64,000 nucleotides of DNA, taken from Microthyrium microscopicum. Lineage: Eukaryota. The position numbers and the translations under genes were made by a program. The notes beneath the pieces are model-generated. The model saw nothing but the letters and a program-made list of their open reading frames with translations, had not been told where the DNA came from and made no database searches. Positions 12,501 through 24,456 of the stretch are shown here, piece after piece; within the stretch, counting starts at the first letter, position 1, and every line of letters starts with the position of its first letter. The stretch lies in assembly GCA_010405405.1 (NCBI GenBank), contig MU004232.1, positions 1,693,481-1,757,480 on the forward strand, given 5' to 3'.

Positions 12501-15500
12501 CTTAAGAAAAGATATAAGTATAAGCTTATATAGTCTATAAATAGATAGACCTATAATTTTTAACTAGTTAATATAGCAATTATTAAAAGCTACTATTTAA
12601 TAAAGTAGAGTAAGCCTATTCTTAATAAGCTTTATAAGCTTAACTATAAAATATTTTTTAAGATAGATATAGCTAATAGATACTAGTTAGTAAGTATTTA
12701 TATAAATAATATTTATAAAATAGCTTTTAATATAATATATAGTTAAATAGTCTAAACTTAGATAAAATAAAGACTAATAAATACTTATAAGACTTATTAG
12801 AAGTTAAAAGATTTTATATTTAGTCTTATACTAGCTCCTAGCTTAGAACTTTTACTTCTAAACTATTATAATAAAGTTATAGTAGTTAACTTTATAAATA
12901 ATAATATAGGAAGTATAAAAGATATAAATATAATAATTAAGTTTTTATATAAATATTACTTTCCTTATATAGCTTAGGTAAAGCTTATATTTAACTTAGA
13001 TAAATATTCTTTTACTTACCCTTTAATCTATATTTTAGGTATATAAATAGGTTAGGAAGGAATTAAACTAGATAATATTAAAATTAGAATAATTATAAAA
13101 TATCCTATACTTATAAACTAAGAATAAGTTAAGTAATTTAATTATATATTACTATTTTTATAAGATAGAATTCTTAAGTAATTAAAATTAACTTAGATTC
13201 TTAAGAGAGCTACTATAGTAATTAGAAAAAGAGTTTAGAACTTAATTATATAAAAGTATTAAATATAAAAGGAAGTTAGATTCTTTAAATAGAAAGTAGA
13301 GTAATAGGAAGTATTCTAAAGAATAAAAGACATAATTACTATAAAGACTAAGAAAGGTAAAGATCTAAATCTATAATACTACCTTAGTACTAATATATTT
13401 AAGATAGAATATAGTAGATATTTATTCTAGCTTTCTAACTACCTTCTAAGAGTTATAAGAAATAAAGTTTTTATTAAAGAATACTCTTTAATTCTATTTT
13501 ATTTAGCATAATTCTTAGATACTAAGAAAAACTATAAAACTATAAAGAAAGAAGTACTAGCCTTATTAAAAGTAGTAAAATATTTAAGTTAGCTCTTTAT
13601 TAGTACCTAATTTCTAGTAATAATCTATACTAACTACTTTACTATTATTTAAATTATTTAGAGAAATATAGTTAGTATAGCTTAAACTACTTCTTAGAAG
13701 TAATAACTACTTAAGTATAATCTAAAAATTATATATATTCCTAAAAAAGATATTACTATTATAAATAAATTATTTTAAGTTAGTAACAATCTAGCTCTAT
13801 ATAATATTAAAATATATAAAGCCCCTAAAGTTAATATAGTTACTAATAAATTTAGAACTTTTCTTAAATATTTATATTTTTAGGAATTAGAAAGTAAGAA
13901 CCTTTAGGAGAAGATAAATAAAGATTTTAAGTCTTAGAATAACTAGCTAATAAATCCTTAGTATAAAGAGAAGGTTTTCTTTCTCTTAACTAAATAAATA
14001 TAATAAATTTTAGAAATAAGTAAGAATATACTTAAATAAGTCTAATAAAAGCTAATATATTAAGTAAAGTATTTTTAACTTATCTAGAAACCTAAGCCTT
14101 ACTTAACTTATTATAAGAGAAATAAAGAGTTAGCTTATTACATTCTTAGTAATTAGCTTTATATAGTACTTAAAAGAACTTATAATATATATAGATATTA
14201 GGTAGTAGATAGAACTCTTTAGTCTATTATTAGAAGATATTATTAGTCTTTATAAATTTAGAATATTTAGTAATATACTTAGGAATATCTTACTTATTAA
14301 CTATCTAGACCTAAGTAGTATACTAAGAATCTAACCTTAATTTTATAGCTATAACCTTAAGACTATATTTCTTTTAACCTACTAAGTTTAATCTTCCTAA
14401 TATTAAAAAAGAAAAATAGATACGTTATAGTCTTTTAGGACTATACTATATAATTCCTTACTAGTAGAGCTATACTAAAATATAAAAATATTTATATCTA
14501 GAAAGTATTCTATAAGAAGGTTCTTTTATAAGCTAAATATCTACTAACTACTTTCTTAGATAATAGTGCTTAATTCTAAGATAGAAAGTTTATAAATAAG
14601 CTTAAGCTTAACGTAGTAAAGATATTCTTTAGTTCACTATATTATTCTTCTTCTACTAGTTTTATTAAAAAGCTAGTCTATATAGTTAAGGTAAGAATAG
14701 TTAAATATATTCTTAATTATTCTAAATAGCTAAAATATTAGTATAAAGTAGTAGACTAGTAGTTTAAAATACTAGCAAGTAGACTATTAAAAGTAAAAAA
14801 ATATATATCTAAAATACTATTATATAGATTTTAACCTTAAAGAATATAGGACTTTATAATTAATAAGAAACTTAGATAATTAGTAATAGATTTAAGTTTA
14901 TAAGAAGAAGTTACCTTATTAAGGCTTAATACTATAGCTTAAGTAAATTAGATAGTAAGGCTAGCCTAGCTAAATAAAATTAGGAAATACGCTATAAAAA
15001 ATTACTTTACTAAAGTAATATAATACCTTAGCAAAAATCTTCTAGTAAGTAATAATAATATAGAGCTAGGAAATCTAATACTTATAAGGAAAGTCTACCT
15101 AAATAAATAAAAGAGCTAAGCCTTTTAACTATAATAAGCTAAGCCCTATATAGTAGAGTTTCTTAATAATAATAGCTAAATAGTTATAATAAAAGGAATC
15201 TTCCTAGGTTAAACTTATAAAAATATATAATAATATCTAGATAATCTAAAGATCTATCTAAAAAAGAAGGAATCTTCTTAAATCCTAAGGGATTTAGAAA
15301 AATAGATAAAAGAATTATAAAGTAATATACCTATTTAGTAGAACGTATTAAAATAAGAGTAGCTACTAAAGTTTAAAGAGCTTAAAGATAAGGAAGTTCT
15401 TAAATAAAGATAAGAGTAGTTATAAAGATCTAAATAATCTAGCCTAAATAATAAAGAGGATAATAACTTAGAATATTAGTATTATTATAAGTTAGATTTA
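9500..15500 (+). pseudogene. pol: RIP-decayed pol ORF (frame +3): RT, RNase H, integrase; ends approximate
   Basis: De-RIP motifs in frame +3. RT: DAANGYW (12666-12686), FGPIPAP (about 12820), FMDD (12891-12902), LTFNPDKC (about 12985). RNase H: TDASKTG (about 13388), TEKEALA (about 13540), IYTDH (about 13623), HVPGKDIAIADGLSR (about 13735-13780). Integrase: HDVHGHW...YYWP...CxxC (14181-14300), FDLLGP (about 14375), DNGAQF (about 14560), PYHPSSTGFIEK (about 14635-14675). Confidence 0.88.
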
Positions 15501-16322
15501 AATAGAGCAAGTAAGAAAGTTTATAAAATAAGATTAGTATTTCTATATAATAAGCTATTAGATATATTTAGCTCCTAAGGCGTAGGTTAAATAGGAATTA
15601 TAATAAGTAAGTTACTAATAAGGGTAGCTAACTAGCAAAATATATATCTATTATTAAACTATTACTCCTATCCTATAAAGAGACTTAAATTATATAATAA
15701 CTAGACTAAAAAACTAGTTAGAAAAAAATCCTAGCTTAGTAAATTACCTATACTTATCTATTTAAAGATAGAGCTAGTAGGCTATTTTCTACTTTAATAG
15801 ATTATTAAGAAATTTCTAGACTATAGGAAGTTAAACTACTACTATTAGTTTAAATATACTATAATAAATATTAAAATATAATATCTTTCTTTTATAATAT
15901 ATAATTTAGAATATTACTTTTTAGATAGATAGCTAAAATAATACTAGGTATTATATAAAGAAGTATTTATTCTATAATACTACGCCTTATAGAAATATAG
16001 AAATACTATATATATATTTACTATAAGTTTAAATATACTTTAACGTACGCTATAATAAGATAAATCCTAAGTACCTAGAAAACATAATAGACTATACTTA
16101 TTTATTTAATAATAGGGCTATAAAGTACCTAATAAAAATAGAACCTAGGTATAAAATAATATAAATACTTTATAAAAACTTATAGAGAAGATAGAAGATT
16201 AATAGATCTTTTATAATGTAACCTAGGATAAGGTATTCTTCTATAAGACTAGATATGCCTAAAATAACTAAGAGTACTATTATTAGTTTAATAATATTTT
16301 AGTAAAGAAGATTATATTTCTA

Positions 16323-16443
16323 TAATAAAGAAAGATATTCTAAATATAATATTCTAAGAGATATATAAATATTCCTATGCTTCTAATAAAGGAAGATATT
16401 CTAAATATAATATTTTAAGAAGTATATAAATAACCCTATACTC
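16323..16443. repeat. Two-copy tandem repeat, 61-bp period, inside the retrotransposon
   Basis: taataaag(a/g)aagatattctaaatataatatt(c/t)taaga... starts at 16323 and again at 16384. Confidence 0.85.
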
Positions 16444-17249
16444 TTATTAGTTTAAATATAGTACCTTTATATTATAAATATTAATAGATTTATAATTAGC
16501 TAGGATACTATTTAATATCTATAGTTTAGCTAAACGTAGTAATAAAGATTCTTAAGAAGAGCTATAGTAATATATTTTCTTAAAAAAAGCTATATAGCTA
16601 ATTTAGGCGCTATTATACTTTTAAATATACTATTTCTAACTAGGTAAGATATATATAGAATTCTACGTAACTTAGAGAATAAAGTTAACTTTCTATATTA
16701 TCCTAGAAATCTAATAATAACCTTTATTATCTATAGGATAGCTTAGCTATAAAATCCTAATACTTTATACCCTTATCTATTTAATAATAGCTTTTTCTTT
16801 AGAGTTATATAATAAGAATTTAGATATATTAAATTAAGGAAGTTAGATTTTAATAATATACTTATAAAGGAATGTAATTAATACTAATAAGTAAATAAAA
16901 GTCTAATCTAATAACGTAAACCTTTAAAAATTTAATAACTTAGAAGCTAGCTTTAGATCTCCTACTATAGAAGATAAAGTTACTACTTCTATATATTTAA
17001 ATATAATTAAAAGCTTCTAATTTTAGAAGCTATAATTACTTCTTAAGAAGGCTAGTAAAGAGTTAATAAAATATTTAGCTTTAAAGATCTAAGGATCTAA
17101 GTATAACCTCCCTAAGTAGGTATTAATATTTAATTAAAGAAGAGATAAATTATTTACTTATTAATATATATTCTACTTCTCTAAATTAGATTACTCTATT
17201 TTCTTTATACTATACTTTATAATAAAATATTCTAAGATTATAAGAATAG

Positions 17250-20200
17250 ACACTATATAAAGATATATTAATAGATTTTAGTATTATTATTAAAAATAGT
17301 AGATTTAGTAGATACTATTAAGTAATAATAACTTATATTAAAAACTAACGTAGTACTTTAGCTAGAAAATCTCTTAAAAAACTTCCTAGAAAGCTTATTT
17401 ATTAAACTAAGTATAAATAATAAATAATTACGAAATAATTACTATAATTCTATATATAAAGCATAAAAGGTAGCTAACTTAACTTATTTATATTTAGCAT
17501 AATATATATAAACTAAAAAGTATTTCCTAATAACTAACTCTAGCTTAAATCTAATTAAAGAATATAAAGAAAAGTATTAATTAGTAAGAGAAATAGACGT
17601 AGGTAATTAAGCTTAGTAAGAGAAAGAACTAAATATTCTAAAATATAACTAGCTAAATTATAATAAGTAGGTAGCAAAACTTAATAATAAGTAGAAGCTA
17701 GAGAAGATAGTAAACTATCTTAAGGAAAAGATCTAGTAAAGACTAGCTATTCTTAGAATAATAGATAAAGAAAAGTAGGATATTTAAGATTTAGTAAATA
17801 AATTAAATAAGGTATAAAAGTATCTTAACCTACGTTTAAGAGTTCTTATCTAATATAAAATATTTATATTTCTAGTTTACTAAAGTTAAGTATAAAAGTA
17901 TATAGTTATATACGACTTAGATTCTACTAAACTCTAAGAATAAAAATATATAGATTAAGCTAATATTAAAACTATTTTTAATTAGTAGTAAGCTAATATA
18001 TATAAGTTCTTATATATCTTAAATAATATAAAAGAAGCTACTTATTATACTTAGCTCTATATAGAGAATATAATTTCTTTTAATTATTAACTTAAGATAC
18101 TTAACGCTTAGTATAGTTTATTATTATACTAGTAAGTTAATATAAAAAATAACTTAGAGTTTAAAGATAATAACTCTTCTTTTTAATAAATAGAATACGT
18201 CTTATAAGTATAAGTATATAAAGAAGATAAAAAAGAGCTAGATATTTTAATACCTTAAGGTAAAGTAGCAAATTTAAGAAGGATTAAATAACCTTAATTA
18301 TATTAAGATATAGCTAATTCCTATATAACTATTATAGAATTTTCTATTACTATAGGTAAGTAAAAAGCCTAAGTTTAGGCAAATAGATTACTAGTTAAAC
18401 TAGTAGCTAAATAAGTCTAATTTAACTTAATAGTTATTAGTAAAGAAGATAAGGTTACTTTTAGGCTAGAAACTATTACTATATTCTAAAATCTACTAGT
18501 TAGGATTAATAATCTAATATTACTATCCTTTATATAATCTTTTTTATAGAAAGAGATAGAAAGTAGAGCCTTTTTATTATATTAGAAAGTAGAGTAGATT
18601 AATAGAAATCTAATCTCTTTAGGCTTATCTAATTTAGAAGTAGGATTAAGTTTATTACTAAACTTCTTAATAGAAGATATATATATTACTATATAGGCCC
18701 TTAAAGATACCTAAATATAATAAGAATAACTAGAAAATAAGCTAAAGAAAAAGATAAAACTAAAAATAATATATAGCCTAAATTAGGATAGAGATAAGTA
18801 CTATATACTAAAAGAATAGCTATAGAATTATATAGATAGCAAAATCCTATAAATATAGCTTTATAAACTTAATTTAAAAATTAAATATCTTAAAATAGAC
18901 TTAGGAATTCTATTAGTAGTAGAATATCTCTTATAACTAAAGCTTTTCTTAGAAATTATAGCTACTATTAAAATAATTATATAATACTATATATTAAAGA
19001 AGAATAAAGATAAGATAAGCCTTTAGAAGTTAAATATCTTTATTAAGTATCTAACTTAAGTAAGAACCTAAGTTTAACTTTAATATAACTATAAGATAGC
19101 AAAAGGTTAATTAGTTTATAAGAATTAGGAATACTACTATTTTTTATAATAAGGTTAAATTATAATTAGTAAGCTTCTTTAGATATATATAAGACGCTTA
19201 GAGCTAATTAGACTATTATTAAAATTCTATAAAGTCTATATAAGTAATAGAGTAACCTAAGAACTTATATATAAGAAGAAAAATCTAAATTTTATTAATA
19301 AATTACTAGTACTACTAAATAATACTAAGTACTTTATTTAGTATAAAAAGATTATAAAGCTATTCTATAATACTAAGAGTAAATTTATAGTTACTTCCCT
19401 AGGATAAGTAGTCTAGAATATATTTATTTACTCTAGATTAAGGAGCTTTAACTCTATTAATATTATATATAATAATCTACTTTAGTATTAGTAGAATATA
19501 ATATTTATTATTAAAAATAAGAAAGTTACGTACTAAGACTTAGGACTAGACTATCTTAGAGATACTTAGAAATAGCTAATAGATATAGCTAATAAGGTAG
19601 CTATAACTAAGTTTAATTAAAACTTAATACTAAAATAAGTTTAAAAGTAGATAGCAGAATATAATAAGCAAGTTTAATAGTATATTAAGGCTCTACTATA
19701 AGAAAATAATGCTATTTAGTAGTAATATAATAAACTTATAAATTATATAATAAAGTACTTAGATTATCTATTACTAGACTACTTCCTTAATAACCTACTA
19801 GTTTAACCTACTCTATCTATAGGTAAATATAAAAATAAATAGTAGTATAATAGTAATTATTTACTATAGCTATAAGATTATATAAACATTAACTCTAATA
19901 GTAATTAGATAAATAATAATAAGAAAGATAGTAATTATAATAATTAATTTAAATTTTATACTAATAAACTACCTAAAGAAACTAAGTACTATAGTAAACT
20001 ATTAGATAGTACGCCTTAGTTAATAATAGTATCCTAAAAGAATAATATTATATTTAAAAAAGTACTAGTTAAAATATCTACTTTAATTAATAACTTTATT
20101 ATAAAGAAAGTTATAATAAATAATTAATATAGAGATTATAATAATCCTAAAGAATATAGATACTCTAATAATTTAGAGATTAAATAACTACTTAATAAAG

Positions 20201-20670
20201 TTAGGTAGTAAAATCTACCTATATAATAAGTCTATAATAGTATAATCTAATAAGAAAATATATAGCTTTATAATCTTTAGTTTATATATTATTTAATATA
20301 GTAGGAATATAATTAAATAGACTTCTTATCTTTAGAGTTAGTAATATCTTCTAATATTACGTTACTAACTATTTATAACTTACTATAATCCTTACCTACT
20401 TTATAATAAGATAAAATTAAGGACCTAAATATAAGTACTTATTATCTAATACTACGTTTAATATATATAAAGATATATAAGATTCCTTATAAAGAGAAAT
20501 AGTTTAAAAAGGAATATAACTTATTATTAACTATTTAACCTAAATAAGAACTATCTTTAGATAATATATTAGAGGATAATAAGAAGAAAAGTAAAGGCAC
20601 TAAAGAAGAGAGTAAGGAAACTAAAGGTAGTAAGTCTACTATAACTAATAAAGAAGAAATTAAGTAATAG
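17250..20670 (+). pseudogene. RIP-decayed extra ORF (about 1,100 codons, frame +1) between integrase and 3' LTR; function unknown
   Basis: Frame +1 reads as protein-like codons wherever sampled (17281, 17701, 18661, 19561, 20281, 20581), e.g. EKxVNxLKEKI(Q)(Q)RLAIL at 17701 and KKKSKGTKEESKET at 20581. The in-frame TAA/TAG stops can be explained as RIP of CAA/CAG/TGG/CGA. Start uncertain. Confidence 0.6.
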
Positions 20671-20745
20671 GAAATTTATTAGTAAAAGGTTTATTTATAT
20701 ATAAGGTTAAGATTATATCTTAACCTTTATTATTTATAAAATAGT

Positions 20746-20987
20746 TAATAGCTAGATTACTAACTTATAGTCCTTAGTACTATATAAACCTAATAGTATA
20801 GACTATATCTAAAGGTATAGAAATAGGCAAGATCTTAACTTACTTTAATTATTAAGATATATATTATATAGCTAAATTAAGTACGTCTTCTATATTTAAT
20901 TCATATCCTCTTGTCCTCTAGATTCTACGACGTATGTTTAAACGCACGGTAGAAGCGCTAGCCTGTTTAGAGGTTCATACATAATCA
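20746..20987 (+). repeat. 3' LTR (242 bp)
   Basis: taatagctagattactaac...ggttcatacataatca; same length as the 5' LTR, ends in CA, followed by the TSD copy GCGT. Confidence 0.95.
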
Positions 20988-22422
20988 GCGTCTCCTCCTT
21001 TATCCAACTACATCTATCATCCTATGTAATACTAGTATCGTCCTTTGAGTCTTGCAAAAGAAACACTGAAACCTTGATCCCCCACACTAAGCCTGTCTCA
21101 TATGTATGTATTTCGATGTACCAGAAACAGTAATCAAGGTCCTACGCACGACAGCGATACTCATCATCAGCATTGGAAACCAATGCGCTGTATGATCCAA
21201 CTTCTGATGATGATCTGGTCATTGCAAACAAGGCTACCGTATTCTATAGATGCAGAGATTGAATAATAACTATTCCCCTCGTCGTCTTGTTCTGTTGGTT
21301 TCTTGCTGCCGCATGCTTATCCCGAGACAGTCGCGTCTGCATGCATGCATGGCGGCTGGACTGGACTAGATCAACTTTGGACCTTCTTCTTCACTCTCTT
21401 CCAATTATCTTCATCCTTTCCCTGGAATATTCATCATCATGCCACTAAAATGCCCCGCCTGTAACTGATTCTTGATTCGGGCACTTTCGAAAGGCTCGCA
21501 ATACTCTCTCGGCAGATGTCATGCCTTGATACCTTACTGACGATCCCAACATCCAATCTTGGTCAGCCTGCCTCCAGTGGTCCACCACCCAGGCCTGAGC
21601 AGTGATTTTGGTTGTCCAGACTTCAGACTCGAGATACTCCATAGTCTGCATCCAGAACCAACCTGCAATAGTCTAAATTATGCGCAGGATCCCCCATACA
21701 TGGTATGCTACCAAGAAACCATCCTCGGCATGTTCCTCGAGCTCCATCCTTGTGCTGCTTGCCGTTAAGGATGCACGCCCAAACTAGCTCTCATACCTTC
21801 CTGAGAAGCTAAGCTGTTGCGGTGAAGCCTACGACTCTTAGTTCTAAGGTAGTTGTTTTCGCCCTAGCACTTCCGTTGAAATGGAAGCTCCTAAAAAGTC
21901 GACTCCACTTCCACATAAGCACCTAGAAAAACCAGAGTAATTCTTCTATTTCCCTTGCCTCGACATCTGCATACTCTTCTCTCGCATATCTACAGCTAAT
22001 CTTCTTTCCTCTTTTGCCTATTTCCGACTTCTGCCTCCCTTTCGTTGCCTTCTTCCTGCATACCCAGGGAGCTTATCTTGTATCTGTTCGCCTCGCCGCA
22101 CACGTGCTAAATCAGGGCGCAACCACGTAGCTGTAGCCTTTTTCAGCAAAGACCTCCAGTGACAACAACCAGGTGTTTGATGAGCCTGTGACTCAGTGGT
22201 CGGGTGAGCCAAAAGTTCAAATCAAGATGGCATATTCTGACCACTTCGTCAGAGACCTCCCATTCACTGGGAATTTGGATTGGGTACTATGCGCTAAACG
22301 CTTCATAACTCTGAATTACAAAGTAGTCGTTATCATTACCAACGCAGCTGGATTACAGCCAAAAACTTGTACCTTGGGAAACTAGTTTCGATTTGCAACA
22401 TATCTACGCCTTGCTTGAAGAC

Positions 22423-24049
22423 ATGGCAGGTCGTCCCGTCAATGTTACGGTGCTCGGGTAAGTGCATCATCCGAGTGCTCCCCTGCTATTATTTTGCCCT
22501 TTTGAACTCCTGCCGATTCTAGATATGTGTCGGGCACATCATAGAACATACCTGCTGTTACAGCATCAAACGCCTCTCATGTTGCCTCTCGAATTGAATT
22601 GACTGCTATTCACGAAACATGGCTGACATACAACAGGGCCGGGGTTATTGGCCTCACCACGGCTATGCTTCTTTCTCGTGACAAGCGGTTCAACATAACA
22701 ATCATCGCGAAGCATATGCCTGGTGACTATGATATCGAGTATGCATCTCCTTGGGCTGGTGCCAACTACCTTCCGTAAGTGGTCTTAATCCATCCATCAA
22801 CCTCGACCAGCAACCATATTTGAGTGTGATAAGCGCAAACATGAACTTACTCTCTATCAGTGTAGGCCAACATGGCACTCTTCTCGCCAAACTCGAGCGC
22901 GAAAGCTGGCCAGAGCTATCTCGATTAGCCAGAGAAGTCCCCGAAGCAGCTATCCACTTTCAAGGTATGTCTACATCCTGCCACCAGCACACCGACGAAA
23001 CCAACTCAAGACCACAGACACAGTAGTCTACCGCCGTGAAAAAGACTCGCAACAAACAGGCCCCGTCTCAACATGGATGAAAAGCCTCGTCGAAAACGAC
23101 CCCTGGTACGCCGGCGTAGTCCCAGATGTAAGTCCCATCCTCGCCATCATCACATACCGATCTACCAAAATCATGCCATACCACACAACTTTTCATTTGT
23201 TCTACGTTCCTGTCCTAATATCCATGATTTCTGATTCAGGGAGAGCAGTTCCGGCTCCTAAAATCACACGAACTCCCACCCGGCCACGAATCCGGCATGG
23301 CCTTCACCAGCGTCTGTATCAACACTGCGCTCTATCTGCCCTGGCTCATGGGCCAATGTCTCAAACACGGTGCCACCGTCAAACGCGGTATTGTCAAACA
23401 TGTCAGTGATGCCGCACATCTACATGCCTCGGGTAGTAAGGCAGATGTTGTGATCAATTGTACTGGTCTAAGCTCCAAGACGCTCGGCGGCGTCAAAGAT
23501 ATGGAGTTGTACCCAGGAAGAGGACAGATTATACTCGTAAGAAATGAGAGTAATCTTATGGTGACGACGAGCGGCACTGATGATGGCGATGATGAGGCTA
23601 CGTATATCATGCAGCGTGCTGCTGGTACGTACCTTGCTCCCTCGCCCTCTTATTTCCTTAGGAACTAACCTTTTTCCACAGGTGGAGGCACGATTCTCGG
23701 CGGCTGTCTGCAAGCTAACAACTCAGACTCCAATCCCGACCCAAACCTCGCCACACGGATCCTGAAGCGCAGTTTAGCCGTCTGTCCAGCCCTCATCGCC
23801 GACTCCGCACCAGGCGCTGGCGTCGAAGCAATCAGCATCGTCCGCCATGGCGTCGGTCTACGCCCGATGCGTAAAAGCGGTCCACGCGTCGACAAAGAGC
23901 GCATCGGCAAGACGTGGGTAGTCCATTCGTACGGCCACGGCGGATACGGATATCAGAGCTCGTATGGGAGCGCGTATATGGTAGCCGGCCTCGTCGATGA
24001 GATTTTGGAAGGGCGCGCTGGTGTTGGTGTCGAGAGAGCAAGGCTATAG
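22423..24049 (+). CDS. DAO1: D-amino-acid oxidase (FAD-dependent), multi-exon, peroxisomal
   Basis: Spliced reading: MAGRPVNVTVLG/AGVIGLTTA (GxGxxG), YASPWAGAN, VVINCTGL, YPGRGQ, HGVGLRP, HSYGHGGYGYQSSYG. C-terminal ARL is a PTS1 signal. GT-AG introns are visible. Confidence 0.93.
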
Positions 24050-24456
24050 AGTGATGAACAAAGCAGATTCGTAATGGGCGGGTGGTATATTGGTAGGATT
24101 AGTGGGATGGGATAGGATAGGATTCTTTGCTGCGAAGTATTATTAGACGTGTGAAAGGGAATGGGTTGCATGATGGATATCAATCTCGCGATTGAGGCAT
24201 GCGGGCGGTAGCGTTGTGGGCATTTTTCGGTCTGTAACAGTTTCGGTTCTTTCTTCTCGGGCGGTTGTTGTGTGCATTTTGCTGTACGGACATAGCTTGA
24301 TGTTGTAGGTGTACAGTGGGTGGCTTGTGTGCTGGTTTTGCTACATTTTGCATTACAGAGGGTCTCTGGGCTTTAGATAATCTCTTAGACAGAATACAGA
24401 CAGTCTTTGATATAGCTGCTTGGTTGACAGTGTTTAATGGATTGATGAAAGGCAAT

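Larger units (their letters stand above)
5021..20987 (+). mobile_element. Full-length, RIP-inactivated Ty3/Gypsy LTR retrotransposon, 15,967 bp
   Basis: Abrupt AT-rich, TpA-saturated block. It is bounded by 242-bp direct repeats starting TGAT (5021) and ending ATCA (20987), with GCGT on both sides (5017-5020, 20988-20991). De-RIP reading gives PR-RT-RH-INT motifs in Gypsy order on the + strand. Confidence 0.95.

Noticed and set aside
15200..15500. Chromodomain at the integrase C-terminus
   Set aside because: No chromodomain-like pattern could be read after the HxDDLKIY-like end of integrase, although RIP limits certainty.
5263..20745. AT-rich block as centromere, NUMT or assembly artefact
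   Set aside because: The paired LTRs, TSD and Gypsy pol motifs with transition-only decay explain it as a RIP-mutated retrotransposon.
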